A DNA stretch of 64,000 nucleotides, taken from positions 141,176,001 to 141,240,000 of the forward strand of contig CM059431.1 of the NCBI GenBank assembly GCA_030390025.1, read 5' to 3'. The notes below the pieces were generated by a model, which was not told where the DNA came from, made no database searches, and was given only the letters and a program-made list of their open reading frames with translations. The stretch is from Squalus acanthias. Lineage: Eukaryota. The position numbers and the translations under genes are program-made. Below are positions 48,801 through 62,064 of the stretch, piece by piece (within the stretch, counting starts at the first letter, position 1; each line of letters starts with the position of its first letter).

Positions 48801-50798
48801 GCAGTACTGAGGGAGCGCTGCAACATCGGAAAGGCAGTACAGAGGGAGTACTGCACTGACGGAAGGGCAGTACTGAGGGAGCGCTGCACTGTCGGAGAGG
48901 CAGTACTGAGGGAGCGCTGCACTGTCGGAGGGGCAGTACTGAGGGAGCGCTGCACTGTCTGAGGGTCAGTACTGAGGGAGCGCTGCACTGTCGGAGGGAC
49001 AGTACTGAGGGGGCGCTGCACTGTCGGAGGGGCAGTACTGAGGGAGCGCTGCACTGTCGGAGGGACAGTACTGAGGGTGCGCTGCACTGTCTGAGGGGCA
49101 GTACTGAGGGAGCGCTGCACTGTCGGAGGGACAGTACTGAGGGTGCGCTGCACTGTCTGAGGGTCAGTACTGAGGGAGCGCCCGCAATTTCGGAGGCCAG
49201 TACTGAGTGTGCGCTGCACTGTTGGAGGGGCAGTACTGAGGGAGTGCTGCACTGTCGGAAGGGCAGTACTGAGGGAGTGCTGCACTGTCGAAGGGACAGT
49301 ACTGAGGTTGCGCTGCACTGTCTGAGGGACAGTACTGAGGGAGCGCCGCACTTTCGGAGGCCAGTACTGAGTGTGCGCTGCACTGTTGGAGGGGCAGTAC
49401 TGAGGGAGTGCTGCACTGTCGGAAGGGCAGTACTGAGGGAGTGCTGCACTGTCGGAAGGGCAGTACTGAGGGAGCGCTGCACTGTCGGAGAGGCAGTACT
49501 GAGGGAGCGCTGCACTGTCGGAGGGGCAGTACTGAGGGAGCGCTGCACTGTCTGAGGGTCAGTACTGAGGGAGCGCTGCACTGTCGGAGGGACAGTACTG
49601 AGGGGGCGCTGCACTGTCGGAGGGGCAGTACTGAGGGAGCGCTGCACTGTCGGAGGGACAGTACTGAGGGTGCGCTGCACTGTCTGAGGGTCAGTACTGA
49701 GGGAGCGCCCGCAATTTCGGAGGCCAGTACTGAGTGTGCGCTGCACTGTTGGAGGGGCAGTACTGAGGGAGTGCTGCACTGTCGGAAGGGCAGTACTGAG
49801 GGAGTGCTGCACTGTCGAAGGGACAGTACTGAGGTTGCGCTGCACTGTCGGAGGGGCAGTCCTGAGGAAGTCCTGCACTGTCGGAGGGGCCGTACTGAGG
49901 GAGTGCTGCACTGTCGGATGGGCAGTACTGAGAGATGTCTGCACTGTCGTGTGGGCAGTACTGAGGGAGCGCGGCATTGTTGGAGGTGCAGTAGAGCAAT
50001 TGAGGCACTGTCGGAGGGTCAGTACTGAGGGAGATCTGCACTGATGGAGGGACAGAACTGAGGGAGCGCTGCATTGTCGGAGGGACAATACTGAGCGTGG
50101 TCTGCAATCTCGGAGGGGCGGTGCTGAGGGACTGCTGCACTGTCCAAGGGACAATACTGAGGGAGTGCTGCACTGTCAGAGGATCAATGCAGAGCGAGCG
50201 CTGCACTAACTCAAGGGCAGTACTGAGGGTGCGCTGCACTGTCGGAGGTGCAGTACTGAGGGAGCGCTGCACTGTCGGAGGGCAGTACTGAGGGACGTCT
50301 GCAATGTCGGAGGAGCAGTACTGAGGGAGCGCGGCATTGTAGGACATGCAGTACTGAGGAAGTGCGGCACTGTCGGAGGGGCAGTACTGAGGGAGATCTG
50401 CACTGCTGGAGGGACAGAACTGAGGGAGCGCTGCATTATCGGAGGAACAGTACTGAGGGAGGTCTGCTCTCTCAGAAGGGCCGTGCTGAGGGACTGCTGC
50501 ACTGTCCAAGTGTCAGTACTGAGGGAGCGCTGCACTGTCAGAGGGGCAGTACTGAGGGAGCGCTGCACTGATGGAACGGCAGTACTGAGGGAGCGCTGCA
50601 CTGTCAGAGGGACAGTACTGAGGGAGTGCTGCACTGACGGTAGGGCAGTACGGAGGGAGCGCTGCTCTGTCGGAGAGGCAGTACTGAGGGAGCACTGCAC
50701 TGTCGGAGGGGCAGTACTGAGGGAGTGCTGCATTGTTGGAGCGGCAATACTGAGGGTGCGCTGCACTGTCGGAGTGGCAGTACTGAGGGAGTACTGAG

Positions 50799-51780
50799 TG
50801 CGCTCACTCGAAGGTCGAACTCCAAACCTTCGTCAACACCTTCACCGAAGCATATGTGAGCATGGGCCATACACTAAATATCCGTAAGACAAAGGTCCTC
50901 TACCAACCTGACCCCGCCACACAGTAGGGCCCCTGATTATCAAAATCCACGACGAGGCCTTGGACAACATGGACCACATTCCATACATCGGGAGCCTGCT
51001 GTCAAAAAGGGCAGATGTCAATGACGAAGTCCAACACAGCCTTCAGTGTGCCAGTGCAGCCCTCGGTCGACGGAGGAAGAGAGTGTTTGAAAACCAGGTC
51101 CTCAAACCCGGCACTAAGATAATGGTCTACAGAGCAGTAGTGATACCCGCCCTGCTGTATGCCTCAGAGACATGCACCATATACATCAGGCACCTCAATT
51201 CATTGGAGAGCTACCACCAACGCTGCATCCGCAAGATCCTGCAAATCCATTAGCAGGATATGCACTCCAACGACAGTGTTCTCGCTCAGGCCAAAATCCC
51301 CTGTATCGAAGCTTTGAACACGATCGATCAGCTCCGATGGACGGGCCTCATCGTCCGCTTGCCCGATAGGAGACTCCCAAAACAAGCGCTCTACTCGGAG
51401 CTCCGACACGGCAAGAGAGGCCCAGGTGGGCAGAGGAAATGCTTCAAGGACACCCTCAAAGCCTCCTTGAAAAAGAGCAACATCCCCACTGACACCTGGG
51501 AATCCCTGGCCCAAGATCGCACAATGTGGAGAAGAAGAATCCGTGAAGGCACCGAACACCTCAAGTCTCTTTGACGGGAGCAAGCGGAAGCCAAGCGCAA
51601 ACAGCACAAGGAGCACCCGTCAACCCAAGCACCCCACCCATCCGCCCCTTCAACCACCGTCTGCTCCACCTGTGACAGAGACTGTAGGTCCCGCATTGAA
51701 CTCATCAGTCACCTGAGCACTCATTTTTAATGTGGAAGCAAGTCATCCTCGGTTCCGAGGGACTGCCTAAGAAGAAGAAG
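50799..51780 (+). mobile_element. 5'-truncated RTE LINE
   Basis: KIMVYRAVVIPALLYASET, YHQRCIRKILQIH, RLPKQALYSEL..GKR..GGQRK.FKDTLKASLK and an (AAG)n tail. Confidence 0.9.
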
Positions 51781-53430
51781 CTGATTGCGGGAGCGCTGCA
51801 CTGATGGAAGGACAGTACTCAGGAAGGGCTGCACTGTCGGACGTGCAGTACTAAGGCAGCGCGGTACTGTCGGAGGGGTAGTACCGAAGGAGCACACCAC
51901 TGACGGAGTGTCAGTAATGAGGGAGGTCTGCACTGTCGGAGGGACAGTACTGAGGGAGTGCTGCACTGTCGGAGGTCCAGTACAGAGGGAGCGCTGCATT
52001 GTTGGAAGGGCAGAACTGAGGGAGCGCTGCGCTGTTGGAGGAGCAATGCTGAGGGAATGCTGCACTGTCGAAGCGTCAGTCCAGAGGGAGCGCTGCACTG
52101 TTGGAGGTGCAGTGCTGAGGGAATGCTGCACTATTGGAGGGCAGTACTGAAGGCAAGCTGCACTGTCGAAGGGTCAGTATAGAGGGAGCGCTGTCTTTTG
52201 GAGGGGCAGGACTGAGGGAACACCGCACTGTCAGAGCGGCAGTACTGAGGGAGTGCTGCACTGTCGGAGGGGCAGTATAAAGGCAGCGCCGTACTGTTGG
52301 AGGAGCAGCACTGAGGGAGCGCTGGACTGTCGGAGGGGCAGTACCGAGGGAGCGCAGCACTGTTGGAGGGGCAGTACTGAGGTGGGTCTGCACTGTTGAA
52401 GGACCAGTACTGAGGGGGCGCTGAACTGTCGGAGTGTCAGTAATGAGGGAGCGCTGCACTTTCAGAGGGGCATTACTGAGGATGTGCTGCATTGTTGGAA
52501 GGGCAGTACTGAGGGAGCGCTGCGCTGTTGGAGGAGCAGTGCTGAGGGAGCGCTGCACTGTTGGAAGAGCAGTGCAGAGGGAGCGCTGCACTTTCGGAGG
52601 GGCAGTAATGAGGGCGCACTGCACTGTGGAAGGGTCATTATTGCGGGACCGCTGTCTGTTGGAGGGGCAGTATTGAGGGAGCGCCGCACTGTCAGGGCGG
52701 CAGTACTGAGGGACTGCTGCACTGTCGGAGGGGCAGTACTAAGGCAGCGCCGCTCTTTCGGATGGGCAGTACTGAGGGAGAGCTGCACAGTCTGAGGGGC
52801 AGTACTGAGTGAGCGCCGCATTCTTGGAGGTGCAGTTCTGAGGAAGCGCTGCACTATCGGAGGGGCAGTACTGAGGGAGATCTGAACTGTCGGAGGGACA
52901 GAACTGAGAGAGCGCTGCATTGTCGGAGATACTGTACTGCGGGAGATCTGCACTGTCGGAGGGGCTGTACTGAGGGAGCACTGCACTGTCGGAGTGTCAA
53001 TACAGATGGAGCGCTGCATTGATTCAAGGGCACTACTGAGGAACCGCTTCACTGTCAGAGTGGCAGTACTGAGGCAGCGCTGCACTGACGGAAGAGCAGT
53101 AGTGAGGGAGCGCTGCACTCTCAGAGGGGCAGTGCTGAGGGAGCGCTGCACTGATGGAAGGGCAGTACTGAGGGAGCTCAGCACTGTCAGAGGGACAGTA
53201 CTGAGGGAGCGCTGCACTGACGGAAGGACAGTACTGAGGAAGCGCCTCACTGTCGGAGGGACAGTACTGAGTGACTGCTGCACTGTCGTAGTGCCAGTAC
53301 AGAGGGAGCGCTGAACTGTCGAAGGGGCAGTACTGATGGAGCGCTGCACTGTCAGAGGGGCAGTAATGAATGAGTGCTACATTGTGGGAGGGGCAGTACT
53401 AAGGCTGCGCTGCACTTTTGGAGGAGCATT

Positions 53431-55103
53431 GAAACATAGAAACATAAAAACAAAGAAGATAGGAGCAGGAGTAGGCCATTCGGCCCCTCGAGCCAGCTCC
53501 GCCCTTCGATGAGATCATGGCTGATCATCCAAACTCAGTACCCTGTCCCTGCCTGCTCCGCATATCCCTTGATACCTTTAGCCTTAAAAATATATCTATC
53601 TCCTTCTTGAATAATTGGCCTCAACTGCCTTCTGTGGTAGAGAATTCCACAGGTTCACCACTCTCTGGGTGAAGAAATTCCTCCTCATCTCAGTCCTAAA
53701 TAGCTTACCCCTTATCTTTAGACTGTGACCTGTTGTTCTGGACTCATCCGCCATCGGGAAAGTTCTTCCTGCATTCAGTCTGTCGAGCACTGTTAAAATT
53801 TTATAAGTTTCAATGAGATCCCCACTCATTCTTCTAAACTCCAGCGAGTATAAGCTCAATCGTCCCAATCTCTCCTCGTACGTCATTTCTGCCATCCCAG
53901 GTATCAGTCTGGTGAATCTTCGGTGTACACCCTCCATGGCAAGAACATCGTTCCTCAGATAAGGAGAAGAAAACTGCACACAATACTCAAGGTGTGGTCT
54001 CACCACTGCTCTGTACAGTTGCAGCAAGACATCCTTGTTCCTGTTCTCAAACCCTTTCGCAACGAAGGTCAACATACCATTTGTCATCTTAACCGCCTGC
54101 TGTACCTGCATGCTATCCTTCAGCGACTGGTGTACAAGAACATCCAGGTCTCGTTGCACTCCCCTTCTCCCAATCTATTGCTGTTCAGCTAATAATCTGC
54201 CTTTCTGTTTTTGTCACCAAAGTGGATAACCTCGCATTTAACCACATTATACTGCATCTGCTATACTTCTGCCCAATCAACAAACCTGTCCAAATCAAAC
54301 TGGAGTTTCTCTGCATCCTCCTCACAGCACACACGCCCTCCCAGCTTTGTACCATCTGCAAACTTGGCGGTATTACATCTAGTTCCCTCGTCTAGATCAT
54401 TAATATATATTGTGAATAGCTGGGGTCCTCGGACCGATCCCTGCGGAACACCACTAGTCACTGCCTGCCACACGGAAAAAGACCCATTTATTCCAACTCG
54501 TTGCTTCCTGTCTGCAAACCAGTTCTCTATCCAAGTCAGTACCTTGCCCCCAATCCCATGTGCCTTAACTTTACACGCTAATCTCTTATGCGGGACCTTA
54601 TCGAAAGCCTTCTGAAAGTCCAAATACATCACATCCACTGGTTCTCCCTTATCTATTCTATCAGTTGCATCCTCAAAAAAATCCAGTAGATTAGTCAAGC
54701 ACTATTTACCTTTTGTAAATGCATGTTGACTTTGTCCGATCCTGTCACTGTTTTCCAAGTGCTCTGCTGTTACATCTTTTATAAAGGACTGCAGCATTTT
54801 CCCCACAACCGATGTCAGGCTTATCGATCTATAATTCACCGATTTTTCTTTACCACCTTTTTTGAACAGTGGGGTAAAATTAAGTACCCTCCAATCTATG
54901 GGAACTGTTCCAGAGTCTATAGAATTTTGGAAGATGACCAGCAATGCATCGACTATTTCTCGGGCCACTTCCTTAAGTACCCTAGGATGTAGATTATCAG
55001 GCCCTGGGGATTTATCGGCCTTTAATGCCGTCAATTTCCCTAACACCATTTCCCTACAAGTACTGATTTCATTCAGTTCCTCCCTCTCATTAGAACCTAT
55101 ATT
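53431..55103 (-). mobile_element. 5'-truncated CR1 inserted in the 33-bp array
   Basis: KSPGPD, YLDFQKAFDKVPH and VRPHLEYC; reverse tail gaaacatagaaacata. Confidence 0.95.
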
Positions 55104-57689
55104 CTGAGGGAATGGTGCACGTTTGGAGGGGCAGTACTGAGGGAGCGCTGCTCTGTCGAAGGGGCAGTACTGAGGGAGCGCTGCACTGTCGGAGGGGCAG
55201 TGCTGAGGGAGTGCTACAATGTTGGAGGGGCAGTACTGTGGGAGCGCTGCAATGTCGGAGGGGCAGTACTGAGGGAGCGCAGCACTGTCGGAGGTGCATT
55301 ACTGAGGGAGTGCTGTATTATTGAAAGGGCAGTGCTGAGGGAGTGCTGCACTGTTGGAGAGTCAGTATTGTGGGAGCGCTGCACTGTTGGAGTTGCAGTG
55401 CAGAGGTAATACTGCACTATCGGATGGACAGTACAGAGGGCGCGCTGCACTTTCAAAGGATCAGTATTGAGGGAGTGCTGTCTTTTGAAGGGGCAGTATT
55501 GAGGGAGCGCCGCACTGTCACAGCGGTAGTACTGAGGGAGTGCTGCACTGTCGCAGGGGCAGTACTAAGGCAGCGCCGCACTGTCGGAGGGGCAGCACTG
55601 AAGGAGAGCTGCACTGTCGGAGGGGCAGTACCTAGGGATCACAGCACTGTCGGAGGGGCAGTACTAAGGGTGGTCTGCACTGTCGGAGGGACAGCACTGA
55701 GTGAGGTCTGCACTATCGGAGGGACAGTATAGAGGGAGGTCTGCAATGTTGGAGGGGCAGTACTAAGTGAGCGCCACCTTGTCGGAGGTGCAGTACTGAG
55801 GAAGCGCTGCACTGTCGTAGGGGCAGTACTAAGGGAGATCTGCACTGTCGGAGGGACAGAACTGAGGGAGCGCTGCATCGTCAGACGGACTGCACTGCGG
55901 TAGGTCTGCACTGTCGTAGGAGCAGTGTTGAGGTACCGCTGCATTGTCAAACGGACAATACTGAGGGAGTGCTGCACTGTCGGAGGGGCTGTACTGATGG
56001 AGCGCTGCAATGTCGGTGTGTCAATACAGATGGAGCGCTGCACTGATTCAAGGGCAGTACTGAGAGCGCTGCACTGTCAGAGTGGCAGTACTGAGGGAGC
56101 GTTGCACAGATGGAAGGGCAGTACTGAGGGAGCGCTGCACTGTCAAAGGGGCAATACTGAGGGAGCGCTGCACTGACGGAAGGGCAGTAATGCGGAAGCG
56201 CTGCACTGTCGGAGGGACAGAAATAAGGGACTGCTTACTTTCGGAAGGCCAGTACTAAGGGAGCGCTGAACTGTTGGAGGGTCAGAAAAGAGGGAGTGCT
56301 GCACTGTCTGAGGGGCAGTACTGAGGGAGTGCTACATTTTTGTAGGGGCAGTATTGAGGGAGCGCTGCACTGTTGGAGGAGCGGTGCTGAGGGAATGATG
56401 CACATTCGGTGGGGCAGTACTGGTGCAGCGCTGTCTGTTGGAGGGGCAGTACTGAGGGAGCGCTGCACTATCAGCGGGGTCTGTACTGAGCGAGCGCTGC
56501 ACTGTCGGAGGTGCAGTACTGTGGGAGCGCTGCACTGTCGGCGGGGTCAGTACTGAGCGATGGCTGCACTGACAGAGGGGAAGTACTGAGGGAGTGCTGC
56601 ACTGTCGGAGGCGGAGTACTGAGCGAGGGCTGCACTGTTGGAGGGGCAGTACTGAGTGAAGGCTGCACTGTCGGAGGCGGAGTACTGAGGGAGCGCTGCT
56701 CTGTAGGAGGGGCTGTACTGAGGGTGCGCTGCACTGTCAGAGGGGCAGTACTGAGGGTGTCTGCACTGTCGGAGTGGCAGTACTGGGGGCGTCAGCACTG
56801 TCGGAAATGCCGTCTTTTGGATGAGATGTTAAACCGACGCCCCGGCTGCTCTCTTAGGTCAACGTAACTGTTCTCGCGGCATAATTTTGAAGAAGAGGAG
56901 GGGAGTTCTCTCAGGTGTCCTGGCCAATATTTTTCCCTCAACCAACATAACAAAAGCAGGTGATCTGGTCATTATCGCATTGCTGTTTGTGGGAGCTTGC
57001 TGTGCGCAGATTGGCTGTCGCATTTCCTACATTTACAACAGTGACTCCACTTCAAAGAAATACTTCATTGGCTGTAAAGCGGTTTGGGAAGTCCGGTGGT
57101 CTTGAAAGGCACTGCAGAAATGCAATTATTTCTTTAAGAACATAAGAAATAGGAGCAGGACAATGCCATTGACCCATCGAGCCTGCTCTGCCATTAAATA
57201 AGATCATGGCTGATCTTCTACCTCATCTCCACTTTCCTGCATTATCCCGATACCCCTTGATTCCCTTAATATTCAAAAATCTATCGATCTCTGTCTTAAA
57301 TATGCTCAACGGCTGAGCATCCACAGCCCGGTGGGGTACAGAATTTCAAAGGTTCACCGCCCTTTGAGTGAACAAATGTTACTTATCTCAGTCCTAAATG
57401 GCCGACCCCTTAATCTGAGACTGTGACCCCTCGTTCTAAACTCCCCAGCCATAGGACACATCCTCCCTTCATCTACCCTGTCAAGCCCTATAAGAATTAT
57501 ACATGTTTCAATGAGATCACCTCTTATTCTTCTAAACTCTAGAGAATATAGGCCTAGTCTGCTCAATCTCTCCTCATAGGACAATCACCCATCCCAGGAA
57601 CCAGTCTGGTGAACCTTTGTTGCACTCCCTTTATGGCAAGTATATCGTTCCTTAGGTAAGGAGACAAAAACCTGTACAAAATATTCCAG

Positions 57690-58390
57690 GCGGGGTTGGG
57701 GGGGGGGCGGACTTGCGTCGCACCCCCTTCGGGCCGCTAACTTCGCCGGGTGATTCTTTTAGTGCCCCGAAAATGTTAGAATGCCTGTGCCCGAAATTGA
57801 ATGGTAGAGCCCCAAGCAGGAGGCGGGGCGCTACTGGAAGCCCTCCCCTCCATCTTCGGGCGCTCCTATTTAATATCACGGCCTTACGTGCAGCAGTGCC
57901 AAGTGCGTCAGCACTTAGTGCCGCGTTACTGCAGGCCTCCATCCCTTGATTAAAGGAGAGGGACGTGGTGCAAAGCACACCGGGGCTCTGCTGGACCCCC
58001 AGCGAGCGGGGTGCCGGAAAAGAGCCCGGCACTCAAGAGGATGGGGCCAGAGGGGCAGGTGCCGACTGGCGGCACCAAAACAAATGGCCGCCCGGCACCT
58101 GCCCTTTAATTTGCTCCGCGCTGGCCGCACCAACGCCCCACTGACCTTGTCCGACCTAGCATAAGTGGTAGGGCAGGGGGCGCGAGCCAAGTTTGTGGCC
58201 GGGGTGCAGCACACGGTGAAGAAATCAACGTCTTAGGCGCAGTGCCGTGGAGTGCTACCGGCTGCCGGCGCCAGTAACCTCCCACTGAATTTCGCGAGAG
58301 GCGTTAGTGGCGCCCACCCCGGAAGCTCGTTGCTTTGCACCCCATCAGCGCCCTGTAATGGGAGGCGCAAAGCAGCAGAATGTTTCCCCC
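57690..58390. mobile_element. GC/CpG-rich non-autonomous DNA-transposon-like insertion
   Basis: Splits the CR1 sequence ccaggtgtggtctc with an approximately 3-bp duplication. G-run and C-run termini. Confidence 0.55.
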
Positions 58391-58510
58391 TAGGTGTGGT
58401 CTCACGACGGTCCTATATAATTGCAGGAAGACGACTTTACTCCTATACTCAAATCCAGTCCATATGTAGATTCAAGTCCCCCATGATTACTGTATTACCC
58501 TTGTTACATG

Positions 58511-59526
58511 TGTAGGGTACCGCAGGGATCGGTCCTTGGACCCCAGCTATTCACAATATATATTAATGATCTAGACAAGGGAACTAGATGTAATATCTCC
58601 AAGTTTGCAGACGGCACAAAGCTGGGTGGGCGTGTGTGCTGTGAGGAGGATGCCGAGAAACTCCAGGATGATTTGGACAGGTTGGGTGATTGTGCAGAAG
58701 GCTGGCAGATGCAATATAACGTGGATAAATGTGACGTTATCCACTTTGGTGTCAAAAACAGGAAGGCAGATTATTACCTGAATGGCAATAGTTTGGGAGA
58801 AGGGGAAGTGCAGCGAGACCTGGGTGTCCTTGTGCACCAGTCGCTAAAGGTAATCATGCAGGTGCAGCAGGCGGTTAAGACGGCATATGGTATGTTGGCC
58901 TTCGTAGCGAGAGGGTTTGAGTACAGGAACAAGGATGTCTTGCTGCAGTTGTACAGGGCCTTGGTAAGACCACATCTTGAGTATTGTGTGCAGATTTGGT
59001 CGCCTTAGCTGAGGAAGGAGGTTCTTGCGAAGATTCACTAGGCTGATACCTGGGATGGCAGGAATGAAGTATGAGGAGAGATTGGGTCGATTGGGCATAT
59101 ACTCGCTGGAGTTTAGAAGAATGAGAGGTGATCTCATTGAAACTTATAAAATTCTGAAAGGACTGGACAGACTAGCTGCAGGAAGGATGTTCCCGATGGT
59201 CGGGGAGTCCAGAACCAGGGGTCACAGTCTAAGGATATGGGGTAAGCCATTTAGGACAGAAATGAGGAGGAATTTCTTCACCCAGAGAGTGGTGAACCTG
59301 TGGAATTCTCTACCACAGAAGGCAGTAGAGGCCAATTCATTAAATATATTCAAGAAGGAGTTGCATATATTTCTGAAGGCTAAAGGGATCAAGAGATATG
59401 GGGAGAAAGCAGGGACAGAGTTTTGAATTTGGATGATCAGCCATGATCGCATTGAATGGCGGAGCAGGCTAGAAGGGCCGAATGGCCTACTCCTGCTCCT
59501 ATCTTCTATGTTTCCATGTTTCTATG
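58511..59526 (+). mobile_element. 5'-truncated CR1
   Basis: [29 protein letters not shown] and a tail; same subfamily as the copies at 12911, 21303 and 53431. Confidence 0.95.
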
Positions 59527-60544
59527 CTTCTAACTTCTTGGTTTATAATCTGCCTTACAGTACAACTACTGTTTGGGGGCCTATAAACAACTCTGATCAA
59601 TGTTTTCTGCACCATGCTGTTTCTTAGATCCACCCGAAGTGATTCTACTTCTTGATTTTCGGAGCAAAGATCGTGTCTCTTCTGTTTTTATCGCATCCTT
59701 TATTATCAGTGCTACAGCTCCTCCATTTCCATTTTGACTATTTCTTCTAAAAGTCAAGTATCCTGGAATATTTAGTTCCCAACCTTGGCCACTTTGCAAA
59801 CACGTCTCTGTTATGGCTATTAGATCAAACCTGTTAATTTCAATCTGCGCTATTAATTCATCTATTTTGTTGCGAATGCTTCGTGCATTCAGATATAGTG
59901 ACTTTAGCTTTGACTTATTTCTCTTTCCCTGATGTAAACTTAGTCACTAATGCCTTATGACCATTGTTAATCTCTCTGTCCCTTCCTGAACCACTATGTT
60001 TATTTTTACCCTAAATGCTACTCTGCTCTAGAGCCTTGACATTTCATTGATTTTAAATTCACTGAATCCTGAATCCTCCCCCTCTCCCGCACACTTCATT
60101 GGGATAAAGCCCTGTCTGCAGCCCAAATTATTAATTTCGCCATGACACTGGTCCTGGCCCGGTTTAAGTGGAGTCCGTCCCGTCTTTCTTTCTTACCGGG
60201 ATTGCATCCCTTGCAGTTCGAGCACAGTTGTGCACGATGGGAGCAGGACAACAAAAGCCTATCAATTCTCATTTTAAGCTCCCCTTCACTTGCTGTGCTC
60301 GTTTTCTCTCCCATGACTTTGTCGGCCGCCAAAATCTGCGTTGTGCTGTCTGCTGACACTGCCACAAGCTCATTTTCGATTCCACACGTTTATTATCTCA
60401 ATACGTTCTGAGCTCGACACAAGCCACAAATTTAGTTTGCACACCCTAACGGCCTTCACAATCCTTGAAAAAGTCAATCAAGACAGGAAGGAACTTTCCA
60501 CGACCGCTATTCGATGCATCAACAGAGAGTGACACATATCGGAC

Positions 60545-61565
60545 ATCTTTCAGTTCTGGTAGACAGTGGTGTAACACAAGGGTCAGTTCTGGGGCCACTG
60601 CTTTTTTGATATATGTAAATGACCTGGATATTGGAATACAGAGTAGAATTTCTAAATTTGCCTATGACACCAAACTTGGGGATGTGGCAAACAGATGATG
60701 ATACCAAACGACTGCAACAGGACATAGAAAGGCTAGCAGAATGGGCAGACAAGTGGCAGATACAATTAAATACAGAGAAATGTGAGGTGATTTTGGCAGA
60801 AGGAACAGGGATGGCAATATACAATTAATGGCACAGTTTTAAAGAGTGTGCAGGGACAGAGGGACCTGGGAGTTAATGTTCATAGTTCCCTGAATGTGGC
60901 AGGACATATTGAGAGAGTGATTAGCAAAGCATATGAGATCTTGGGCTTCATAAATAGAGGTTTTGAGCACAAAAGTAGAGAAGTTATGCTGAACCTTTAT
61001 AAAGCACTGGTGAGGCCACAACTGGAGTATTGCATCCAGTTCTGTTCACCCAACTCTAGGAAGGATGTGAAGGCTTGAGAGGGTGCAGAGGAGATTTACC
61101 AGAATGGTTCCGGGGATGCGGGATATTAGCTACAAGGACAGGTTGGGGAAGCTGGATTTGTTTTCTTTAGAACAAAGGAGATTGAGGGGTGATTTGATAG
61201 AGGTGAACAAGATTATGATGGGTTTGGATAGGCTAGACGGGGAAAAGCTGTTCGCACTAGTTGATGGCAAAAGGACCAGGGGACACAGATTTAAGATTTT
61301 GGGCAAGAGATACAGGAGGGATGTGAGGAAAAACGTTTTTACGCAGCGAGTGGTGATGACCTGGAACTCGCTGCTGATAGAAATGTTGGAAGCGGAGACA
61401 CTCAATGTTTTCAAGGGGAGACTGGATAGGCACTTGAGGGAAATAAACTTGAAGGGCTACGGGGATAGAGCGGGGGAATGGGACTGACTGGATTGCTCTA
61501 CAGAGAGCGGGCATGGAATCGATGGGGCGAATGGCCTCCTTCTGTGCGTATGACTCGATGATTTT
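60545..61565 (+). mobile_element. 5'-truncated CR1
   Basis: [32 protein letters not shown] and a 3' UTR. Confidence 0.9.
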
Positions 61566-61741
61566 AAGCACATTCCACTGACCTCAAACTGTGATTATGT
61601 CCAACGGTACGGTATGCAAAAAAGGTCATTCTCACAACAGTGTTGCCTCAACTTTACGAAATAAGTTGGTAACAGAACTTGAACTAGCAGGTGCTGTAAG
61701 AGCAGCTTTATGTTTGGTGGTTCCTTCGTGTTCTTTTATAG

Positions 61742-62064
61742 ATGTCCTGCGTCAGAGGGATGTCCTATGATGAGAGATTGTGTAGAATGTGCCGATACTC
61801 ACATGAGTTTAGAAGAATGAGAGGTGATCTCATTGAAACATACAAGACTCTGAAGGGGATTGACAGGGTAGATGCTGAGAGGTTGTTTCCCCTGACTGGA
61901 GTGTCTAGAACTAGGGGGGCAGGGTCTCAGGATAAGGGGTCGGCCATTTAGGACCAAGTTGAGGAGGAATTTCTTTACTCAGAGAAGGTTGTGAATCTTT
62001 TGGATTCTCTACCCCAGAGGGCTGTGGAGGCTCAGTCGTTGAGTGTATTCCAGGCTGAGATTGA
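61742..62064 (+). mobile_element. CR1 RT C-terminal fragment
   Basis: EFRRMRGDLIETYK. Confidence 0.85.

Larger units (their letters stand above)
46238..56807. repeat. 33-bp minisatellite (GCAGTACTGAGGGAGCGCTGCACTGTCGGAGGG), roughly 240 units, with two LINE insertions
   Basis: Direct tandem periodicity. Unit count estimated from about 7.9 kb of array divided by 33. Confidence 0.97.
46165..57135 (+). mobile_element. Single Deu-SINE inflated to about 11 kb by internal tandem expansion
   Basis: Head (ggttgtgggtt...acttgagcacaaaatctaggctga) runs into the array at 46238. The SINE body resumes at 56808 (tgccgtcttttggatgagatgttaaaccga) and ends at about 57135. Compare the intact copy at 966-1410. 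Confidence 0.88.
57136..60200 (-). mobile_element. Internally deleted CR1 (3' end 57136-57689 and 58391-58450; endonuclease part 58455-58510 and 59527-60200) with nested insertions
   Basis: YEERLSRLGLYSLEFRR; GQGWELNIPGY. Confidence 0.8.

Noticed and set aside
46238..56807. CRISPR-like array (33-bp partly palindromic repeat)
   Set aside because: Units are head-to-tail with no unique spacers, there are no cas genes, the context is vertebrate, and the unit derives from a SINE.
46220..56867. Long mucin-like or Cys-rich ORFs (e.g. 464 aa at 48760-50154)
   Set aside because: They are translations of the 33-bp repeat, open in several frames on both strands and broken by LINEs.
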